DNA of 64,000 bases from Oopsacas minuta (lineage: Eukaryota; Animalia; Porifera), in contig JAKMXF010000303.1 in NCBI GenBank assembly GCA_024704765.1, positions 329,897 through 393,896 of the forward strand, written 5' to 3'. Below are positions 1 through 24,600 of the stretch, piece after piece (position 1 is the stretch's first letter; every line of letters starts with the position of its first letter). A program made the position numbers and the translations under genes. The notes beneath the pieces are model-generated. The model was not told the origin of the DNA, did no database searches, and saw only the letters and a program-made list of their open reading frames with translations.

Positions 1-129
1 ATAGCCATTTTTTCAAAAATTATATATTTGATCCCAAGTTATTATTAATTCATGCGTTTACTCTTTTGTGTAAAAATGACGCAGGATCAGATTCATCATT
101 TCCTGCGGGCTTTAAAAAAAGCCAGCTCG

Positions 130-468
130 CTACGAAGCCTCCCAGAACCTGCGTCGGTCACTTTCCTCACGGAAAAATCGCAATGCATACGCATCAGATG
201 GACATTGGGCGGAATGATTCCACCAAAACAATGCCCACTGTATACGTAGATCATCGGCCTTGACCCTCTTAGCACGTAGAATGGGCCGCATGGAACGTCG
301 CGATCGTCGCCCCCTTGCAAAACGTTTCCATTTTGCAAAGAGGCGAGCGACCTGCTCACGTTCATGTTTCTCCCTTTCCACGTCTCCGAGAATCTTGATT
401 AAGGCCTCCCGATTCTGGGGATGCTGAGCGATAGAGATAAAATTTTTGAGTTCTTCAATTTGTGACAT
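130..468 (-). CDS. Unassigned 112-aa ORF, possibly an element-derived relic
   Basis: ORF track; GC-richer than its flanks; no recognisable domain; an overlapping frame (96..365) is also open. Confidence 0.2.
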   Translation of the reverse strand: MSQIEELKNFISIAQHPQNREALIKILGDVEREKHEREQVARLFAKWKRFARGRRSRRSMRPILRAKRVKADDLRIQWALFWWNHSAQCPSDAYALRFFREESDRRRFWEAS

Positions 469-835
469 TACTCGTTATGCTATTGCTATATACAATGCAT
501 TTTATATGATATTTTCTTAGAGAATATGCATAACAGAGTATGTGCATACTCGTATTTACGTAATTTCTACTACTTGGGTGGTATAAACACCATGTTATAG
601 CTTTACTTAGATACAATAGTGAATGTATTTTTAGCTCTAATAATATCTTTTACACTTACTATACTAGTCTTATACAATATTTATTTGCTCCTTTTGACCT
701 TTCTATCCGAGATGTACAGAACTGGACAATGGGCTTGATTGATCACTTGATAATCTCCATGCTGTACCCCAGTCTTGAGTTGAAATTATCACACCTTTTG
801 ACTTATTTTTTATTGTTTGTTAACAGTTTAAAGAA

Positions 836-896
836 GGTGTTGTCTTAAGACAAGGCATAGCTTAACTGATGAGTCCTAGCGGGACGAAACACCACT
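836..896 (+). ncRNA. Hammerhead ribozyme, type III topology
   Basis: GTC at 842-844; stem I TTAAG(845-849)/CTTAA(861-865); CTGATGA 866-872; stem II GTCC(873-876)/GGAC(882-885); GAAA 886-889; stem III GGTGTTGT(836-843)/ACACCACT(889-896) with one mismatch. Confidence 0.8.
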
Positions 897-1407
897 ATAA
901 TATGTATATATTCAAAAAATATATTTTATGAATCTTTAACTTCAATTATCTCAAAACTATGTTTTTCGCCATATAGTCTATTGTTTTTTGAAGACTAATT
1001 CTTGTGCTCTGAAAATTTTGGGGAAGCATTTATACAATGTTATCTAAAATCTGGACCACATTTGGAATGAATGAACGAATAATTTTCATGATATCCCACC
1101 CTAAGTCATGCGGACTCCGGTTTTTAGCCTATTTTTACCAAACCTCCCTTCAACCGTTAATATCTTCTTATTGGAGCGGTATTTGGGCCTAATTGTGGTC
1201 CAGAAATTAGAACTACATATGGTAAGCATATATAACAATTTATAGGTCTTAGGCAATAGTCCTTCTTCAAAAAACATTAGAAAATATGTCCCGAACTTTA
1301 ATGTTACGCCTATGGGAGGACTTTTGCCACCTTTTCATGCCCAATTCGTAATACACACTAGATACATCGGGGTTTATGATTATTATCTCTTAGTTTGGCA
1401 AGTCCAA

Positions 1408-1905
1408 CGAACTGGAATACATTAAGGAAGTAGAATAGCATATACTTTAGAAAATAGCCCATACCGTAATACAAAGTTCGCGGCAAGACTCCTTAATAAC
1501 ATCATTGTTGATTATGATAACGAAATAGAGCGACTGAAACAAGGATTGGATATAACGAAGCTGAAAAAGAACAGGATTAACGAAGAACGACAGAGAAAAT
1601 GCATAGAAAGGCTGGTAAGTGGATATTTGACCCCATTGGAATTTCTTGAAATATGAGTGAGTAACTCACATTGTACTTCATTAGAAACCGAAACTTAAGT
1701 ATCAGTTCAAATGATTCTGATACTTCGGAAGAAGTTGCGGATAGAGACATATGTGTAGTTTGTCTCCAACCAAGAGACAACATGTAGATCTTTAAACCAT
1801 GCAAGCATGCTAATTCCTGCACCCATTGTAGCGAGATCATTGAAGAAAAATAATCCCCTATGTCCTACCTGTAGAAGCATTATTGTGTCAATATTTACAA
1901 ACTGT
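1408..1905 (+). pseudogene. Decayed ORF ending in a C3HC4 RING finger; upstream part reminiscent of a Mutator-like transposase C-terminus
   Basis: CVVC-x12-CKH-x3-CTHC...(frameshift)...CPTC from 1752, with an in-frame TAG at 1785; upstream frame RTGIH*...DNEIERLKQG...YLTPLEFLEI*; the transposase assignment is weak. Confidence 0.55.
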
Positions 1906-2379
1906 TTCTAAGTTATTATCTTCTAAAATCTCATACCAAAATACATATACACTCACCACAGCAATATTAGTGAATTCGAAACGCTAGATTTCGTACAGCC
2001 GCGCTGACGGAAGAAATTCACACAATTCCATTCCATTAAGTCTATCATAAAGTAGTTTGAATGTATTCAAATTAGATAAACAATCTAATTTGTATCTAAT
2101 TTGAGATTATATGATGAATTCCATTTATGGTCTGAAGTATATTCTATAAAGGTTTATATATTTGCAGCAGATAAGCTACGTAATCTAATCAGAGCCTTTG
2201 TTCAGCTTTGTATACAATACATAACGTATTCAACAAAAGAAGAAATTTACAAAATTTGCATTCTTAAAATATTGTAGGGTATGCTTGTGGGATTCAGTAA
2301 AGACTATCACAAAACTAATGCAAATTCGTAGTATATAAATTGAAAAAATTAAACGAAGTGTAAAAATTATATTCAAAGT

Positions 2380-2676
2380 ATGACTTCATCTTACAGTACT
2401 AATACAACAATAGGACATGGTACGATCTGGGAAAATGAGAATTTGAGGACATTAGTGATCGTACTAAGTTCAACCGTTACAGTCATTCTGTTAATCTGGT
2501 GTACACTGTGTTTCGGATCTATTCTGGTGGGACTAGTGTTCTTCAGAAGACAATCTAGGTCTAAAGTAAATGGAGCACGCAAGTCGTTAATAGAGGTGGA
2601 AAACAAGAATCCTAGAGTCTCAAAAATTGGCAGAAAAGATACTGATTCGAAGAATGGAAGTGAAACATCCAAATAG
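2380..2676 (+). CDS. Small single-pass membrane protein (98 aa), orphan
   Basis: ATG-initiated ORF with a S/T-rich N-terminus (NTT sequon), a ~30-aa hydrophobic stretch, then RRQSRSK and a charged tail. Confidence 0.45.
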   Translation: MTSSYSTNTTIGHGTIWENENLRTLVIVLSSTVTVILLIWCTLCFGSILVGLVFFRRQSRSKVNGARKSLIEVENKNPRVSKIGRKDTDSKNGSETSK

Positions 2677-3514
2677 GATAAAGACTTGAATTAGATATTT
2701 TAGGATAACTGCTATCCAACTTCAACATTCTATTAAATTAGTCCTTCAAATTCCCTAGAATTACAGCTATTAGCTATTTACGTACGTCAGTGTCTCCAAA
2801 TTACAAATATTAAAGAGTACAGTTATTTTATCAGTTATAAAGCAATGTTGTAAATTAACCAAACTATTATAATATACGTAGTGACTTGTCCTCAACGGGT
2901 TCCATGGGTAAGAAAGTACGTATAAAGAATCCAAATTCCAATTTCAAGATTTGCATATATAAATATTGTTGTTTATGATTTAATGGAATTAATCAAATAT
3001 GAATTATCTACATATACTGCCTTGAAGGCGTCGTTAAGTAAGGCTAAACTGCTAAAGTATACCTAGAGGCATAAATCGCAGAGTTAATCGAGAATCTACG
3101 AGTCTAAGGCTCGTGAATAATTGAAAATTACCTTAACTAATCAACATCGTTTTCAGTCAATGCTAGAAATAACATTCTCTTATTACAATTCAGGTCAAAT
3201 GTTAACTTGAAAATATTATATTATTAATATAAGAGTAGACTCTAATGCAGTCATCTTCTAAAGAACTTATTATAAAACAATGTACGTATTATTGGGTTAC
3301 TTATTTAAATTTTAAACATCAATACTAAATAACATTAACAATTACAGAATACAAGAATATCACATTAATACGCTATAAGTTCACACAATTAATAATTGTA
3401 TGAAAAACAGTTGAGAATTGCAGTAAAGAAATGCCGAAGCTATGTACAAACACATAAAAATGATGATAATATTATCATTACTATAATAAGAATAATAGTG
3501 GCAGGATTTTAACG

Positions 3515-15003
<11,489 letters not shown>

Positions 15004-15699
15004 GGCGCTATCTCTCTCGATTGTAAACGGTTAAATGTCGGATTTTCAGTCTGTTCGAATAGATTCAGTATATATTCATTCCCTTATTGATCCAGGAAAA
15101 GTTCTAAGAGGATTTGTGCTTTAGTTGAGAATATATGATTACTATAAAATGATAATAAATGAAAATATAAAAATTATAAAATAATTTATTAATTATCAAA
15201 TTCCCTATTTTATATTTTCAAATAAATTCTACAAAAGTTGTTCTATCTCTCTCCCGTATGACATATAAGTATAGCATACTACTCGTTACATTCGAAATAA
15301 CAGATTCCAATGAAAAACTAACCTTTTAGTGTCCTTCAATACAAGTAGGAATCTTCATAATATAATACTGCATAGTAGTCCACTGTAATGGATGAATAGA
15401 GCTGATACTCAATACAACTCGACAGAGGCAATATATTAATATTGTTAATCTTTGTCTAGTATACTGACTCTACTATATACTATAGTTGGAGGCATATTGA
15501 GTTACTTGATACTGAGCTTATAAGTTTTACTAGAACATTTGTACTGAATAGTAGATACTACTAATACTTGAGTACATTCAAGAAATTGATCAACTGTATA
15601 CGCAGACTTAAATATCGCTCTTCTACACGAATAGATGTCCATTTAGATCTTACACTGATAGAAAAATAAAACATAGAAACGTAGGAGAACCTCTCCAAG
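15004..15699. promoter_or_regulatory. Putative bidirectional promoter region shared by the two collagen genes
   Basis: 696 bp between divergent ATGs (15003 minus, 15700 plus); no specific motif identified. Confidence 0.55.
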
Positions 15700-18600
15700 A
15701 TGAGTGCAATGAAGAAATTTAGGTAACTTTCTTTTATTTAAATTAATATCACTACTGAGACGTTAATGCAAAATTTAAATGTTGCATTTCCTTTGTACTC
15801 CATATTATAACCAGGGTTCTGAATTCTATTGAGAGTATTTACCAACCATTCAAATATGAAATTCTTTTCTTGCTAATATTTTGAGGAGTATAATTAACTA
15901 TGTGTGTGTACACCCTATGTGTGTTGCAAAGTGATATTACAAATATTAGTGTCTCTTTTGAATCATTTCAAAAAGTTATACCTTGATAATAGCGTTATAA
16001 ATCTTCCAAAATTATCCTCTGTTATTTGTAAACTTTGGGCTAATATGCTATGTACTTTAGAGAAGTCAGTCATGTAGTGCAAATAACTTCAAATATATTC
16101 CATTAACTAATGATATACATACTATAGTCTGCTAATTCATGAAATATAGATAAAATACATAATATTTGACGTCATAGCAAATATAGAAAATATCTTAATT
16201 CTTCAACAATTATCAATTTATCATTTTTATTCATTTTAGCACTCAAAATGTATTAATTGTGATCTTCACTATTTTCGGTGTAACCTTCGGTCAGAATCTC
16301 TTCCCAGTTTCACCAGTAAGCGGTATGTGAAATAATACAGTATATTAATTAAAATCTTGTATATTCTATTTTAACTACTTATATGAGGCCTCAGGCTAGA
16401 ACGCCTCGAGTTGCAAATATATATATATATGATGAATTCTATATTGAATTGTTCAATGTAAAACATGGCGATAATATAAACATACGAGATATTGCACCTC
16501 GAGATATCCTTTATTATCCAAATTAACGGTCCCTTTGGTACTATAGTTAGTTAAGTCATATTTACATAAGTTCATCAAAATAAACTATAAATTTACATAT
16601 GAGTATAAGAAATTGAAAATGCAATATTCGGATTCAATATACTTGACCAGACCTATATTGCCATTGAGGACAAGTCTCTACGTATTTTTTGATATTTCCA
16701 TTATTTGTTTACATTATATTCACAAAAACAACAATAAATATATATATATATGATAAACTTGAAAGTGCGAAATTCGGAATCATACTTGATTACCTCACAA
16801 ACAAACAAACAAACAAACAAATTAACAACAATCGAGATTCAATCAATATATACAAAACTAATCTCATTATTAAGTGTCTAAATAAAATAGCATCATGACA
16901 GGCATGTTTGTAGGTTAAATCGAAAATTGCTTATCTACGTCAAAATTGTATATGTTAGATTCTAAAGGACCGAGTGGAACAAGTAGCACCTACTTATTAG
17001 TAGCTGCACTAACTTTAATTTGTAATTAAATATTTTTCACACTTCAGGCTATTCGGAGATATTCCCCAGTATACTACAAGGTCAACTCCCGGAAGGAGTG
17101 ACGAGGACTAATTTGGGTTTGTGTACTTGCTGTGCCGGTTGTTTCGAAGAGAACGCATACAGTATCGATGGGAATTTGGCAAGTGTATCTGGTATAGCGG
17201 GTAGAAATTTCCCAACTAATTTCTTACTAACTGGATCAATCAATTTGAGGAATGGACTGAGAGGGCCTCTACTTACAGTCTCACAACGAGGAGCTAGTAG
17301 ATCAAACAGGTTCATCTTCACAGTAGGAGACCTCCCAACAGTCCAGTGGGGATCAAATCTATTGACATTTCCAAATGTAGATTTAGCACGAAGTGACTGG
17401 GTTGTATTCGGTTTGGAAGTAACTGGTAACAGTATCAGGCTGTGTACCCGTGACGCTGTCTCAGAATCAAGGAGTGTGAGCGGTCCGTTAAATTTTCTGA
17501 CATCCTCCAGCGATCAAACATTTGTTAATATTGCGAAAGATTCATTGACATCTCAAACAATTGATTCTGTTTCCGTGAGTTATTTCATTCTAGCACTGCA
17601 GTGTTGACTATTAACAATTTGTTCTAGTGAATCAGGTTGCAAAATGCAACTTGCAGTAGAATAATTCATTGTTGATAATAAATTGAATATCAAATTATGA
17701 TGGTAAAGTTTTACATATATAAATTTGCAGGTCGATATTGGACAGATTAGCATAATCCCAGGACAAAGTTGTGATAATCTTGGTACATATATTCAAATTG
17801 TTGATCAACCATGCGGCACTTGTCCACCAACGAATCCATTCATCTCTGCAGTACCAGTTCCGACAACTCCTGTACCAACTGCGGGCCCAACAAACGTGAG
17901 TTAGATTGACATTAACTACGAAATATTACAAGTAATTTATAAATTACGAAGATGTAACAATGTGCAGTATATACTGCATTAAAAATGATATACAGTCGAA
18001 ATCGTTGTATTTGTCCATTTGACTACATTGCTTAGACTACAACAAACCAATAGACAAAACTCGGATGATGCATATTTTAGTTATTCATATTCACACTAGA
18101 ATAGTAAAATATGCTATGCTACCATGTAAATATTTGAATGAACGAAGTCAAGAGACAACATGATCCGAACATATGGGAATCACGAATAAAACAATCTATA
18201 CAGAGGTTTGTCGACAAAAACTGATGAGATAAAAACCCGGTGTTAAAACCAGATTTCGACTGTAATCTATGTCTGTAATTCGTGTAACAATCAGTGACGT
18301 TGCGTCTTGAGCAAGTAGAGTCTAGACCCCTAAAATTATATTCGGGCAAACCCAGTAATATGAAAATATTTTATGGGACGCTTAGCTTCTGGGTTCTACT
18401 CCTAGAATTTCAAAGCTACACGACACGACGCATGATACATTATTAATATATTATAAATATATTTCTTCCCTCTATGTCAAATGGATCTACAGCTAGTGAC
18501 AAATCCTGTAAGTGCAGTTATTAATACCTGTATTCATAAAATAGTATTCAAATCTCTAGTATTTATGCAAACTAACATTATTGATATTCGCAATTAATTA

Positions 18601-21600
18601 CAATTTGTATTTAGCCATTCGTGTTGAAAGGAGATAAAGGAGAAGCAGGTGACCCCGGACGTGGAATTCCCGGACCGGACGGAGCTCCCGGAGTATCTGG
18701 ACCACCAGTAAGTTAGATATTTCCTACAGATAACTTCAGACACAATTTTATTAAATATTGACATATTAATAATCCTTAAATTTATAGGGAGGTATTGGAC
18801 TTCCTGGAGTTGCCGGAAGACCTGGATTCAATGGACAGAAGGTATGTGTACTTATGAAACTTATTATTATATAAAGAATACAGTTTTATGAATAAATAAC
18901 ATGTGTTTTTAGGGTGAATCAGGTAGAGTTGGTGAGGCAGGATCAGATGGTCCCCCGGGTCCTCCTGGATACTTTGTTGTAAGTTACACACCAAATAATA
19001 CATACAAAATACTTCATTAACAGATCTGTATAATATTGTAATAATTATTTTAATAGGCCGATAGCACTGGCCAGCTCAAAGGTCCTGGATTACAACTGAA
19101 TATTCCCTGTCAAAAGGTAATTAAATTCATAAATATTATAAATCAGATTTGATAATTATAACTGTAAATAATTAAATAAGTAAATAATGATTCGCTCTAT
19201 AGGGAGATACTGGATCAAAAGGACCAACAGGATCACAGGGATCACGTGGACCTCCAGTGAGTATTGTGTATATTTATTGTGTATGTATTTCATTAAATAA
19301 TATCTTAGCATAATTACTAAATTTATAGGGGCAATCTGGGCCGGAAGGACCTCCAGGTGAACAAGGATCCAGAGGTTTTCAGGTAAATAAACGTATATTC
19401 AATCTCTCGTATCAATTGTATTAACAGTTGTATATTGTATAGGGGTTGAGAGGATTACCCGGACAATTAGGAAACCAAGGAGATATCGGTCCACAGGTAA
19501 GCTAAATAATAAATAATTAAACAACACATAAGAGAATATTTTATAATAATACTTACTTAGGGCGAGCAAGGAAGGCAAGGAAATCCAGGTCCACCAGGTC
19601 CACCAGGAAATACTGTAAGTTGACATTACTACAGACCGTTTATTAGAATATAAATTTAGAATTAATTATAAATACATTTGATAGGGTGGACAAGGAGTAA
19701 GGGGTCGTCCTGGTGCAATGGGATCTAAAGGTCCCCCAGGTAATCCGGGAGATACGGGAACTGCAGGATCACCAGGAGAGTTTGGAGAAAAGGTATGAAA
19801 CTAGAATTTTAACAACATATGATTTGTGTAAACAGATTATAATAGTATGAATGTTTAGGGAGAAAAAGGAGAGGACGGTAATGTTGGATCCACTGGAGAA
19901 CAGGTAGGTATACTGAAATAGAAAAGTATATCCTTATTAGAATGAAATATTATTGCAACACATTTTAGGGTGAGCCAGGTCCATTAGGACCAACTGGAGC
20001 TTCAGGCTTTCAAGGAATTCGCGGACCCCCAGGACCAGCTGGACCATTTGGTGATAAGGGTGAGAAGGGGGAATTTGGACAAACAGGAGCTCCAGGACCT
20101 CCAGGAAATGGTGGAACACCAGTACGTTACAGATAAAATGTTGTGTATTTGATAATACATAATTGAATATACTAATGCTTTTGTAGGGTATATTGGGTCA
20201 ATCTGGAACAGAAGGTGATAAGGGATCAAAGGTAAGTATCAAATTGTTTGTAATTTAGAATATGATTGAATTACAAAGTTATTATCAATTCATTAATCTG
20301 GTAGGGAGACAGGGGGTCACAAGGACCAACTGGACCATCAGGAAGAGATGGAACACCTGTAAGAACAATTACATAATGAACAAATACCCACTATAGCAAT
20401 ATAATATTATATTTTCACTGTTTAGGGTGCACAAGGTGAAACTGGTCTGAAAGGAGGAAAGGGTGAGAAAGGACCCCTGGGCAGAAGTGGCCCAGTGGGA
20501 ATACGAGGACCTGAAGGAAATAAGGTAAATTAACTCCAAATGATTGTAACTTTGAAATACAACCTAATTATTTATCTTATCTTAGGGTGCTAGAGGACCA
20601 CAAGGACTCCAAGGGCCTAAGGGCGCTAAGGGTACAGAGGGGGTTGAAGGAGCCAAGGGAGATAGAGGAGAAAAAGGAACTCAGGTATGAAGTTGTATAT
20701 AAACTTTATAAATAGAATATTCTGATAATTAGAGTCTCCTGTTATTCGTACCAACTATCATGTATTCATAATTCAAATTTCAAATGCGAGTTTTGCATAG
20801 GGTATAACTGGTGAGACAGGAATACCAGGAAGAGATGGATCAACAGGACCTAGGGTAGGTTTCTACAATAGTAGTAAGACTGACTTGTGGATACATATAT
20901 GTTATAAATATACACTCTAGGGACAACCAGGTCAAACTGGACCTATTGGTTCACCTGGCACAGCAGGAAGAGATGTAAGTTTAATATCGCGATTTATGAA
21001 TATAAGAGTAAGAAATTAGGACATATGTACATTTATGCAAATAATCTCATATACAGGGACCACCTGGTGAGCAGGGTTATACTGGTAATCCTGGAGCCAA
21101 GGGAGGAAGAGGACAGATTGGTATCAGAGGACCACAGGGTCCTAAAGGAGATCGTGGTTTCAAGGGACCTCCTGGTAGACCTGGTGACTCAGGACCAACG
21201 GGATCATTGGTGAGAATGAACACGAGTATAATTACTACAAACTTGATATTGTTATTGACATATACTTATATTATCTTATAGGGAGAGAGAGGTCTCAGAG
21301 GTAATGAGGGTGCTCAAGGAGCACAAGGTTTAAAGGTATAGTACTATGCACTGCTTATAGTATGAAGCATTTTATTCGTATATATTCTGTAGGGAGACAA
21401 AGGATTGCAAGGACCTATAGGACGACAAGGAGAATCTGTAAGTAATCATATCCTGTAACAGAATAGGTTATATTGTAGTGTCAATGATGCGTTCTATAGG
21501 GACCTAAAGGTGTACCTGGATTTACAGGAGAGATGGGAGCTTTTGGACAGAGCGGTGATACCGGTGAGGATGGTCCTAAAGGAGGAGTAGGAGAGAGAGG

Positions 21601-24600
21601 AGAAGTTGTAAGTAACTATATTAACCACATATAATATATATTATATTTGGGATCCTTTGTGACAACACTATTAATATTGTTTATTAATGTATAGGGTAGA
21701 GCTGGTCTCGATGGACAACAAGGAACAACAGGTCAAAAAGGTGACAAGGTAAGCTCTCTTTTATTATTTACTGCATCAGTTCTTACGTAATATTTAATAT
21801 TACATTTATAATACCTAGGGTACTAAAGGACAATCAGGTGCCACGGGTATACAAGGTGCTGAAGGTAGACCAGGAGTAGTCGGTATAAATGGTATCCCCG
21901 GTGTACAGGGACTTGACGGGCTGAAGGGAGAACAAGGTCCCTTAGGACCACAGGGAGTACGAGGCCCACTTGTGAGTATTTTAGATACAATTCGCATTTC
22001 ATACATTCATGTATCAATTTTATTAAATTATTGTTAGGGCGATCAAGGACCTGTTGGAGCTCCTGGACCAAAGGGAATACAGGTGAGTATGTTAGAAAAT
22101 TTCTATACAAATACAACTGTGTACAACAGAGTTTTATTAGAAGTTTTTCATATAAATATACTCTTGATACACATATGTAATATATAATAACATTTATAAC
22201 TTAGGGAGCTACTGGGCGCGATGGAGAAACAGGGGAAACAGGACAACAAGGCCAACAGGTAAATGTGGTTGCAATCATGTATATAGTTATATGACTGCAG
22301 AATATATAACAAACTGTCATAAATCACAATAGGGAGAACGAGGAGTTTCCGGAGCTCCTGGAGAGAGAGGTGATACCGGATTAGCTGGAGTATCTGGTAC
22401 CCAGGGTACTGATGGAGGTCCTGGAGAGAGAGGATTGAAAGGAGATAAGGGACAAAAGGGAAGAGAAGGAAATCCAGGAGATGTTGGAGAGAGGGTATGT
22501 ACAAATAATAATAATAAATCAACTTTTAGAATGCATAATTATACATTTTTCTTACAAGAAATTTTTTAATAATAGCTTCACTTAAGTTTACACATATTCT
22601 AGGGTGCTGAGGGACCTGAAGGTGATCCTGGAGCGAGAGGAACTGATGGAATGCCGGTAAGTATGCTTATATTATATAGATGAAGATACAGTATTATATT
22701 TACTACATTTAGGGAGCCCCAGGTATACAAGGTTTAACTGGAGCAAATGGTCCAAGAGGAGATAACGTGAGTATAACTTATTAGAATATCAATAATTATA
22801 TATAATATACTGCACTATAATTGTTTCTATAGGGTCCTCAAGGTCCTAAAGGAGACCAGGGTGTGACAGGAGTTGATGGAACACCTGTAAGTTAATGAAT
22901 TTTATATATTAATAATATAATATAGAACATATGATTAATCTAACTTTATTCTCAGGGACTGTCTGGCATTATAGGACAATCAGGAATAGACGGATTAAGA
23001 GGAGAACAGGTAACGTTACTGTCTATTAAGTAATAATTATAATAAATATTTCTATACATTACATTCAAATTAGCCTGTGGTTATAGTGCCGGAAACGGCA
23101 GGCAGGGTAGCCACTTCCTTTAAATTAACACCGATATTATAACAAAGTATTACACAATTGTATAAACAAATATTCCAATCAATTAGGGAGAGAAAGGCTT
23201 TATGGGTGCAATAGGGCCTACTGGTCCCCCCGGAGAAAAGGTGTGTTACATCTCTATGATATATTTGATAGTCAATCTTCTCATAGGATAATACGATAGA
23301 GATTAATTTTGTAATTGTATAGGGTGCACAAGGGGCAGACGGGTTACCAGGAAATCAGGGATTAATTGGTAATAGTGGTGCTCCTGGCGCTATTGGTGCT
23401 GACGGACCCCCGGGTCCTCCAGGAGGACAGGGATTCAATGGAGATGTTGGTAGAGAAGGTGATTTAGGACAGAAAGGAGAAAAGGGAAGTCCAGGAGTTG
23501 GAGGTCCACAAGGTACGAGAGGAGAACGTGGAGAATCTGTAAGTTTAATTAAACTAACAGTAGTATTACACTAGTATATATAATTCTAGATCTCTATTGG
23601 AATAACGATTCATTGACAGAGATAATGGTTATATTGTAACTTTAGGGTAATCCAGGCGCTAAAGGTGACAATGGACAAAGAGGACCTACAGGAGCAGCAG
23701 GAGCTCCAGGTAGTTCAGGTGCACCGGGTCCAATTGGAGAGACTGGGCCACTCGGACCACCAGGACAGCCCGGCCCATCTGGATCAGATGGAGACAGGGG
23801 AGACCTAGGAGAGCCAGGAGCTAATGGACAGCCTGGAAATGACGGAGTTCCAGGAGATATCGGGCCTAAGGGTTTCAAGGGTAATACTGGACCATTTGGT
23901 AATCAGGGACCAACGGTAAGTTAACCTGAACATGAGTTAGCTAAAATATTCAAATAAAACTTCATTTAATATATTCAATATAGGGAGAACGTGGTTCAGA
24001 CGGTGATACAGGTCCTAAGGGTGACAAAGGAGCAAAGGTATGTATGAACAATAATAATTAACAAACTATCATAATACAATAAAATGAATTTGATGTAAAT
24101 GTAGGGAGCAGTAGGACCAACTGGTATTACTGGTAATGCAGGAGTTCAAGGAGATTCTGTAAGTATAATTATTACTATTTCAATACGAAGGGGTATATCC
24201 TGTTATTCAATATATGTTAATAGGGATCACAAGGACCAAAGGGAGATTCAGGATTCCCAGGTACCAAGGGAGAACAGGTAAGAGAGTAAAACCTTAACGT
24301 GTTGTAGAAAATAATTCAAAAATTAAACCTAATGTTTGTAGGGAATCTTGGGAGAACGAGGTATAGAAGGTCAACGAGGAATAGCCGGTCCACCGGTAAG
24401 TACTCAATACAAATAAAGTAGTTATTATGAGAAATATTGATGTATATGTTTACATAGGGACCTAGTGGACCTGAAGGTGATCAAGGTGTACAAGGAAATC
24501 GAGGATCAAAGGTAAGGTGTCCGAATTTAAATATGCTTCAATAATTTATTGACAATTTGATTCAATCTATGTATTTAGGGTGAAAGAGGTGACCCTGGTA

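Noticed and set aside
18222-18262. CTGATGAG motif as a third hammerhead
   Set aside because: No stem II or GAAA core follows; the same applies to CTGATGAG near 31250 and 47623
18782-23878. Minus-strand Pro/Leu-rich ORFs over collagen B
   Set aside because: Antisense of Gly-X-Y exons
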